Assembly: GCA_013265495.1 (NCBI GenBank) | Contig: MU057796.1 | Span: 620,001 to 684,000 of the forward strand | DNA length: 64,000 nucleotides | Origin: Vicugna vicugna | Taxonomy: Eukaryota | Direction: 5' to 3' | Shown: one piece after another, positions 54,704-64,000 of the stretch | Layout: each line of letters begins with the position of its first letter | Position numbering within the stretch: the stretch's first letter is position 1 | Notes under the pieces: model-generated | Databases searched by the model: none | Seen by the model: only the letters and a program-made list of their open reading frames with translations | What the model was told of the DNA's origin: nothing | Translations under genes and position numbers: made by a program

Positions 54704-54829
54704 AAAAATTACACCCTAGACCTAAGACCTAAATCTGAACAAAACAAAACAAAAAAGTAAATCAGGAAATGGGAAGTTTTAAATGTTGAATAAGGCATTA
54801 TCACCAAAAAAAGTGATGATATCATAAAA

Positions 54830-54932
54830 ATATAACATAACATAGCATAATATAATATAACATGAGTAGAATATGGTAACGCAACATGAATATACTAGAC
54901 TAGAAAGTGATATGACGTGACATAACATGATA
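54830..54932. repeat. Degenerate pentanucleotide (ATAAC/ATGAC)n microsatellite
   Basis: Visible 5-nt periodicity. Confidence 0.6.
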
Positions 54933-56129
54933 CTGGGGTAGATACTGGAAGTACAGCTAGGGAAGTCTCCCACCAGACAACTAGGAAATTGACCCTATAA
55001 CAGTGTTCTGGAAGTCAGAGATATGAGAACAGTAGTTTTGTCTGTCTTTTGCTCCACTCTGTTTCTCTTCCTTGATGTTATCATAGGAGGAACATATTCA
55101 GAACCACAAATAATTTTTCTGTGAAAGTCAGATCGTAAGAAACCAAACACAGTGAGCTAAAACCATAGGCTTTGGACTACCCTCCCGTGTGGGGACAGAT
55201 GGTCCGACAGATAATCCGGAACACAATGGACAGACATGCCTTCAAACTCAGGCTGCTGGTGGGTTTCTTTTTAATGGCGTGTAACAGTAAAATTAGAACT
55301 TACTTAACATACCTTTTTGTATTTAATTTCTTACTACGTATATAAGTAAATATACATACACATAATTCAGAACACCTAATATGTATGCATATACTCCATA
55401 TGTACACAATTTTACATAAGTGCATAAGCATAACCATGCACGCACTTACTTCAAATATACATTTTTGACTTATTTTTTCTGTTTGGTTTCTCCTTCCCTT
55501 GTGCTTCCTTCTTCACTGATGTCAAATATGCTCCCCCAAATAATCCACATTTAAAATCTAATACTATCCGTATTTCTTTCTGTACTCCTACAATCCTGTG
55601 TAGTTATGCGTAGTCACACAATGGGGATTATCCTGATTTTTTAAAATGAAGTCATGGTGCACTGGTTCTCTATATCTTGATTTTCATTCTAAAATACTTT
55701 GTGGAAATTCTCCCAAGACATCTGATATGGTTTTAATTTATTCTTTTAAAGCTGCTTAATATTCCTGATTGTCCGTGCTGTGACTGTGCTGAAAGTTTTC
55801 AGCCATTCCATCACTCATGGTCATTCATTTTGCTTCCACTTTTTTGCTACTGTAAAAAATGCTGCAATAAACAACTTCAATTCTTAGAAATATATGTCCT
55901 ATGTATGTTTTAGTTCTAAGGCACCAACTCCCAGGAGTAAGATGAAATATATAATTATATAGAGAGATAAATGAAGTTTATATATAAATAAACATGAGTG
56001 GGTGTTGCAAAAAAGACTGGAGCACTTTATGTATCTACCTCACGTTTACATATATGCTTTTCCCACAGCCCCACCTATAATAAGAATTGTAGTTCTTATT
56101 CACTTTTGCTAGGTATATATTACCTATTC

Positions 56130-56660
56130 AATTACTAAGGAGTCTACCCATTATAAATTTCAAAAGAAATCTACCTGACTGCTTAACGAAAAGGGAATAG
56201 ATGTGCTCACACAGTTATACAATATTATTAAGACTTGGTTTATCTCTCTTTCTCTCTTGCTTTCCCTCATCCCTGTTGATTTCTTTTTCAGATTGTCTCT
56301 CCCTTTCTGGTCACATGATGGTGGCCAGCAGTTTCTGGAGCTACCTTCTTCCTTCCAGCTTGAGATCTGATAGGAAAGAGACAGAGCCTTGTTCTAGCAT
56401 TCCCAGCAATGTTCTGAGGTTGCTCTGAAGTTCGCTCCTACTGGATCAACTGTACATATCTTTGAACATAATCGTATGGTTGTGAAAATGTGATTCCTTG
56501 ATTGGCTTAGGTCTGGGTCACATGCTTTACCCAGGGCTAGAGGTAGAGCCTCAAACTGCCTGTGATGTGGATGGGAGGCATGGGGAGGAAGCATTCCCTC
56601 CAAAAATAGCAGAGTTGTTGGCAAAAGAAGTAAAAATAGCAACACAGATATCCACCACAT
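56130..56660. mobile_element. MaLR LTR (MLT1-like) remnant
   Basis: tgattggcttaggtctgggtcacatgc and atggtggccagcag motifs typical of old MLT1. Confidence 0.55.
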
Positions 56661-57453
56661 TTTTTTTCTTTTTTTTTTTTTCCCCATTGGACTATAGTTG
56701 ATTTACAATGTTGTGGTAGTTTCTGGTATACAGCAAACTGATTCAGTTTTATATATACATATACTTTTTCTTTTTTAATATGTGAAGTACAATTACATCT
56801 TATTCCTATTGCAGTTGTTACAAAAGAATGTGTTCATCATAAGTCAAATATGGTTCACCCCTTTACATAGCTGTAAATGTCAAAATTACAATTTTAAACT
56901 TTTGTTGAAAATTTTATTATAGTATATCTTAAATGATAATCTTATCCCCTATGTTCTTATTACTTCAGAGTAATTATTAGAAATCTCTGTTGTTACAATG
57001 TGCCTAATTCCAATATAATTAGGGAATATGAGAAACATAGGGCCATTGGCTCTCATGTCTTAATGTCTTAGTCTTAACTTATGTTTTCCTTCATTTCCCC
57101 CTTTTTCATAACATTACTGTACTCATCTGTATCTTCTTCTACTTCAACTCACCCACCCTTGAAACCTGTCACTTACAATATAAAGTTGTCTGGAAAACAA
57201 GAGGCAAGAGAGAATACCCAAGGTGTTCCTCCATGAGGGAAAATTACGAGCTTCAGTACAAAGACTCTGGGTCAGGTTGAGTCAGTCCTGATCACAATTG
57301 TGTATGAGCACCTGGAGGCTCACTTAGTTATTGAATGAATAAAGTTATTTAGGGTACTCAGAGCTCTTTTTTTGCTCACTTCCTGGTCCTTAGTTCTATC
57401 AAATAGGTGAGGTTGTCAGGTAATTAACTCAGGGTGAGTGAAGCTTCAGTGTC

Positions 57454-57489
57454 TGTGTGTGCGCGTGCGCACGTGTGTGTGTGTGCACA
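57454..57489. repeat. Alternating purine-pyrimidine (TG/CG/CA) tract
   Basis: 36 bp of uninterrupted RY alternation. Confidence 0.9.
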
Positions 57490-57529
57490 AGCACATATAC
57501 CATACTGTATATTATAAATATACAGATAT

Positions 57530-57745
57530 AATGGGAGCACAGGCTCTGGAATCTGTCTATGTTCAAAATGTGGCTTCAGCACTTACTAGCTGTATGACAC
57601 GGAGTGATGCACTAAACCTCTTCTGCCTCAGGGCTCCTATCTGTAAAATGGCAATAATAGTAGTATCTCCTTCAACGAGCTGTTCTGAGTATTGAGATCA
57701 TCTTTATGAAACTCAGCAAGGTGCCTGATTTATAATGCATTCCAG
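57530..57745 (+). mobile_element. MIR SINE
   Basis: cacttactagctgtatgac...aacctcttctgcctcag...atctgtaaaatggcaataatagta core. Confidence 0.8.
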
Positions 57746-60085
57746 TACTGATAATTGGTATTATGTGTTAAATTTTTCCTCCCCACTACATTGGGAGTGA
57801 TAATTGTCTCAAAACCTAGCACAGTTCCTGGTACATGATAGGTGACACACAAATATTTAATAAATTACTTGAAACTATAAGGTACTTTTCCTCTGTTCAT
57901 AGATATGTGCATGTATATTTGCAACATCTCAGACAGAAACTACTATCTTAAATACTGCCAGACTAGGAATCAACAGGCAAAAATGAAATGAAACTGTATG
58001 GACGTGGGTTTATAACAAAGCCATAATAATTCCTGAAAGTTGTGCTGAGCAATCCTTGAAACGGAATTATGTTTTCCTGTTTCCTTTTAATAGGCTACTC
58101 ATCTTTCTGATCAAAAACTCTTCTTCCAGCAATATTTTGCATGGAGGGATCATAACTTTTAAAAAGAGAAGTCAAGAGGGAAAAGAGTGTTTAACAGGGT
58201 GAGTGCAGAAATAGCAGTTTTTCTTTTTCAGTAGGCTCTCAGATTCTGATCTGAGAGCTTTCCAGCTTTTAAATAACATTACCTCAAGTTACCTGGAGAT
58301 TCCTTCCTGAGCACGCTGACCCTGGAATGTCTTTGGGATGTCTCCAATACTTTTTTATACTGTAGTTTCTTTCCCCATAGCTCCACTCCCCCAGCCCTCA
58401 AAAGTACCAGATTTGTTTAAAAAATCAAACGAAAAGAAAATCAAGATTATACAGAGATGTTAAGAACCAAAGCTCGGCCTTCAACTTTCAATCCTCTTAT
58501 TAAAACTCATGTCATGACTCTTGTCGAGGGAATGATTTGGTTTCAGTGTCCTCAATCAGCGTTCTCTCAGTCACTTTCATTAGGAGCCATGTTTCCTTGA
58601 CAAAGGATAACAAATGGACACTGTTGGTCCCTAATGGGCTTTTGACTACAGATCCTGTGCCATTTCTCCGTGAAGCAATTGAAATTATTTGTCATTTTAA
58701 TATGACTTGGCAAGGAGGTCCAAAAAACATGGCTATTATTCATCAATATGTATATTTTGTACTTATATTAGTATTAGAATATCATTATTACTCGTCTCAC
58801 ATTGTATGAGCAAGATAGAATTACACCGTGTAAAAAATGCATTAAATTCTCTTCGGCTGCACTCGTATAGCACAAGTAAAGGTAATTTAAGAGCTTGCAC
58901 CATTTATATGCTAAACGCTACCGTCTATTATTATTAGTGCAGAAAAGCTTTTACCTTTGCACTAATGAAAAATATATCAATATGTTCCCACTGTTAATTG
59001 GAAATAATATAGCTAATACTAAAACTCAAACCTTTAATAGTATATCTATCCATCCTTTTACATTCTGAAATGTTCTAGTGCCTAATTTTCCTATCATGTT
59101 GGCATAACATAAATTTAATTTTGATATTAGAATATAATTCTTTCATTCTGCATTCTTTCAGAGGCTTTTGTATATAAGATTAATTTGAAACTTTTGAAAT
59201 TCAACAACTAGCTTTGTAAATAACCACGAATAATTTATCAGGCAACCTTCTCTCAGTGGATATAGTTAATATTGTATTATAATTCTAATGAAACAAGTTA
59301 AACCCTTGTCCAATTCTGGGTAGTTTTAAGTTGTTTCTGTAATTTTATCAGTCCTTTTTCTAATTCTAAACTAGAGCTAAGTAAAATTAAAGTATGTTGC
59401 AAATAAATACACAAACAATGTTTTTCATTGCTACATGTTAAGCAAATGGAAGAAGAGGGCAAGTTTACTAGACTGTTTCTCTGAATTAACGGCAGTACAC
59501 ACGCATGCACACACACATACACATCCATAGTGTAATAAGAATCAAAAAAAGGACAATCAGGTAGATTTCCATGTTTCTAACATGAATAAGACCAGTATCA
59601 TCACAGCTCAAAATAAAATTAAACTTTTTTTCATTTAACAATTATTTACTAAGTGCCTTACAAAAGACCAGGTACATTTTCAAAATCACCTACAATGGAC
59701 GAGGAGACCATACTAAGGTCTGATTTTAGCTCATAAAATTTACAATGCTAGGGAGCCAGACAATGGTCTGAGAAAGAAAGAAAGGCAAAAATCAAGGCAA
59801 AATATCCTGCTTGTTTGTGTTGGTGGGTAGGATGGGTAAGATGGAAGAAAGGAAAGGACTAGAAATATTTAAGTGATCATTGACAAAGTCTAGTTATAAG
59901 ATAACTGGAATGAAATAAATTGAGCTGAAGAGAAATATTTATATCAAAGGAAAATCATCCTATTATTTGTAAAATAAGAGAGTAGTTACATGAAATACAG
60001 ATTATCTATACAATGAATTATCTAAAACCATCATTTAAAAACTATAGCTATGAAACATTTAAAATTATGTCTTAATATATTTTTA

Positions 60086-60912
60086 GATATTTATTGAAGT
60101 ATAATCAGTTTATATTGTTGTGTCAATTTCTGGTGTACAGCACATGCTTCAGTCATATAGAAACCTACATGTACTTGTTTTCATGTTCTTTTTCACCATA
60201 AGTTACTACAAGATATTGAATATGGTTCCCTGTGTATAAACTTGTTGTTTATCTATTTTATATATATTAGTTAGTATCTGAAAATCTGGAACCCCTTTCC
60301 CACCCTCTTCCCCCAACCAGTGGGAACCATAAGTTTGTTTTCTATGTCTGTGCATCTACTTCTGTTTTATAAATAATTTTGTCTTTTTCTTTTTTAGATT
60401 CCACATATAAGTGATATCATATGGTATTTTTCTTTCTCTTCTGGCTTTCTTCACTTAGAATGACATTCTCCAATTCCATCCATGTTGCTGCAAATTGCAT
60501 TAATTATTTTTATGGCTGAGTAGTATTCCATTGTATAAATATACCACACCTTCTTTATCCAATCATCTGTTGATGGACATTTAGGTTGTTTCCATGTATG
60601 GGCTATTATAAATAGTGCTGCTGTGAACACTGGGGTGCATGTGTCTTTTTGAATTAAGGTTCCCTCTGGATATAAACCCAGGAGTAGGATTGCTGGATCA
60701 TATGGTAAGTCTATTTTAAGTTTTTTGAGGAATTTCCATACTGATTTCCATAATGGCTGCACCAAACTACATTCCCACCAACAGTATAGAGGGTCCCTTT
60801 TTCTCCACAGCCTCTTCAGCATTTATCATTTGTGGACTTTTGAATGATGGCCATTCTGACTAGTGTGAGGTGATACTTCAATGTAGTTTTGATTTGCATT
60901 TCTCTGATATTA
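60086..60912 (-). mobile_element. 5'-truncated LINE-1 3' end
   Basis: 123-aa ORF2 C-terminal ORF ([13 protein letters not shown]...[10 protein letters not shown]); possible TSD TATATTTTTA at 60076-60085 and 60917-60926. Confidence 0.9.
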
Positions 60913-62554
60913 AGACTATATTTTTAAATGCAGAGATGTAAAAATATATCAAGTAAAGATAGATTTTTAAAGGAATGTGCACACACACATAAAGCACAAA
61001 TATATACATGTATAAAACAGTATGCTACAAATATTTACTATGTGACAAGATTATGGGTGATTTTAATTTTCTTCTTTATACTCTTTGTATTACTCAGATT
61101 TTCTGCAATGAATGCATTACTTTGTCAGAAAAAAAAGTCACTTAAAAGGCATACTAAAATATTAACTAGAAGATTATTTTTTAATGTGCAAAATTTAAAA
61201 CCTTTATTTTTACAACTCAATACTGGACTAAATTATGGGTTTCTGTTGAATTTATTATGAAACTTAAATCTGTGCTAAATAAACTTTTGGCCCTTGTTAA
61301 TGATATTTTAAATATTGACCTTAATATTTTTAAAAGTATCCTTAGGAAAGGCTAAGCCTTGTAAGAAGTATATTAAAAACTTGCTCTCAGCCCCAAAAGA
61401 TCACAGAACCTCTAGGAAATGCAAAACCACTTTTTTTTAAGGTAAACATTAATAATATCACTCAGCTTTTTAAAAAGTTTGGGTCAGTCACTAACAGTTT
61501 TATCTGAGAGTCAAATTTGAAACACAGATGGATTCAAAAAGTCATAAAAAATAATGTAAGTTTTTATGGAACATTTCTTGAGGAGACAAGGAAACACAAG
61601 TTACATACACAACATGTGGTAAAGTTTCCCTGATCCTCTTTAAGCATTTCGTCTTCTCAAATTTCCATCCCTAGCTTTCTCTCTCTCCTAGGAGTCTTTA
61701 TGGTTTTATGCTTGTTTGCATGATTTCTCTATGCCAAAGTTCCTCTAACTTTCTCTTCCTCTCAGGTCATTCCCCTCCTGTCCTCTCCAGAAACCTCCAT
61801 TCCATTTTATAGGCAGATCATGTTTAGTCTTGCTTGGATTCCTCTAGTTCTCTTCTCCAATATCCATCTTAGTCAATACCATGGTTCACTCATCTATAAA
61901 AATGGGAATATTAATACCAACCTCAGAATGAGTGACCAGGGTAGCTGCCATATACTTCATGCTCAATAAATATTAAGTTGCTGCATTATATATGATAACT
62001 GGTTTAATCTCATTAGTCTCTTCTCAACCACTTTTAAAGTAGTCACAACATAATATTGTGCATTAAGAGCCTTTCAACCTCATTATCTTCTGTGAAACAA
62101 AGGGCAAACAATAATTAAAACAACAAAGAAAATTTCAATTTCAATAGAATAGAATACAACATTAAACAACAATTCTGAAGAAGAGCTACAATATACAGTA
62201 AAATATGGAGTGAAGTGAGGGAGATATTGAGTGAAGGCATAGATGTTTGATATCACACGCATCTTGTTTGCCAAAATCTCCTATAGGTTAAACTGCTCTG
62301 AAGGGCTCAGAAATGATCTTTTTCTTAGCACAGAAGCATGTTAAGATAGTTTTAGCAATATCTATGAACTGTGTTCAACCCAAAAGAATATTAGAAAAGG
62401 TAAAGCTGAGAGAAGACCCTCATAGATCCTTCATATGAAAGAAGCATACACAACATCCTTAAACAAAGGAGTGACTCAGGAATTTAATACCAAGCCAAGA
62501 TGTCATGGACAATTTTAAAACAATAAACAGGTGTAAATTCTCATGAAAGTAATA

Positions 62555-63670
62555 ATGTCTTAGATATGTCACCAAAAGCACCAAAAGCACAAGAAACCAA
62601 AGAAAAAATAGATAAATCAGAATGCACCATACCTGTTTTAAATTAATGAAAGTTAAGTTTTAAATTAAAATTAAAAACTTTTGTACTTGATAGGACACCA
62701 TCAAGAAAGTGAAAAGACAACCCCAAGAGTTGGACAGAAGTTTTACAAATCACGTATCTGAGAAGGGATTTGTATCTAGAATACATAAAGAATTCTTACA
62801 ATTCAATAATAAACAGACCAATAACCCAATTAAAAATGGAGAAAGGATCTGAACAGACTTTAAAGAAAATATACAGGTGGCCAATAAGCACATGAATAGA
62901 TACTCAACATAATTAGCCATCAAGGAAATTTAAATCAAACCCACAGTGAGATCTCACTTCATACTCATGAGGTTGGCTACAATGAAAAGGAGATAATAAC
63001 AAGTGTTGAAAAAGATATGGAAAAACAGAACCCTCTTACATTGCTGGTGAGAATGTAAAATGATGCATTTGCTTTGGAAAGCAGTGTAGCCCCAATGGAT
63101 TAAACACACCCAGTAGTTCCACTTTTAGGACTATACCAAGAGAAATGAAAACTTATGTCCACACAGAAACTTTTACACAAGTGTTCATAGCAGCATTACT
63201 CATAGTAGCCAAAAGATGGAACCAACCTAAATGTCCATCAGCTGATGAATGGATAAATACCAAATGGTATATCCATACAATAGAATAGTATTAGTAAACA
63301 GAAAGAAAATACCAATAGATGCTATGACATGGATGATCCTTGAAGACGTTGTGCTAAGTGGAAGAATCTAGTCCAAAGGACCACATATTGTATGGTTCCA
63401 TTTATACAGAGTATCCGTAATAAGTAAATGTATAGATATAGAAAGTAGATAAGTGATTTCCTAGGGTTGGGGTGATGGAGGGGTGGGGGATGGAAGGTGA
63501 CAGCTTAGAGGTATGGAGGATCTTTGTGGGGCAATGAAATTGTTCTAAAATTGATTGTGGTAGTAATTCCACAACCCTCTAAATATACTGAAAGCCAATT
63601 AATTGTACACTTTAAGTGGGTAAATTGTATGGCATGTGAATTACTTCCCAGTAATGCTCTTAAGGAAAAA
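62555..63670 (+). mobile_element. L1MB-like ORF2 C-terminus + 3'UTR
   Basis: aggacaccatcaagaaagtgaaaagacaaccc ... aattgtacactttaagtgggtaaattgtatggcatgtgaatta. Confidence 0.85.
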
Positions 63671-64000
63671 AAGATAGGCAATTTGGTCTTTCAAGATCTT
63701 GGGGACTATGGCTAATACCAGACTTTCCTCTAAAAAGAGGAAAATGAGGACTTCGTGACAAAAAATGCCTAAATGTCCCATTTTTGTCACTTCTATGTTG
63801 TCCTCCCATCCTAACTACAAAATCACTTCAGATCTGGATTTTTCTGACAGTTCACTGCTCTCAGAAACAAACATGTTATTCCAAAGTTAGACTTTGGTGC
63901 AGGAAACTCCAGGAGTTGCTGTCCTGAGTAGCTCAGGGTCAGAAATGTCATTTTGCTTCTCTCGCACCATGCTGGGAAGCACATGAAAGTCCTCTGCCCT

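Overview
Mammalian, AT-rich, repeat-dense intergenic or intronic DNA. A Vic-1-like tRNA-derived SINE suggests a camelid. I found no intact protein-coding gene, CRISPR array or prokaryotic system, and most ORFs in the track are L1 sense/antisense remnants or chance ORFs. The window holds many LINE-1 fragments of several ages, plus L2, MIR, a full-length MER82, ERVL-pol and LTR relics. It also holds three full-length processed pseudogenes with poly(A) tails and target-site duplications (TSDs): AP1S2 (-), TUBB3 (+) and TMEM123 (+). Most notable: (1) the TUBB3 and TMEM123 retrocopies are independent insertions 81 bp apart in the same old L1, either side of its RT catalytic motif; (2) a young L1 has both a twin-priming 5' inversion and a ~140-bp 3' transduction inside one TSD; (3) the AP1S2 retrocopy has strongly AT->GC-biased, clustered substitutions suggestive of GC-biased gene conversion; (4) a tailless 5S rRNA retropseudogene; (5) an 80-bp microinversion bounded by 6-bp inverted repeats; (6) a candidate unannotated first exon with promoter-like motifs at ~34.3-34.6 kb. 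Repeat family names and parent-protein comparisons come from recall, not from database searches. I see no convincing new biological system, only an unusually rich record of retrotransposition mechanisms.
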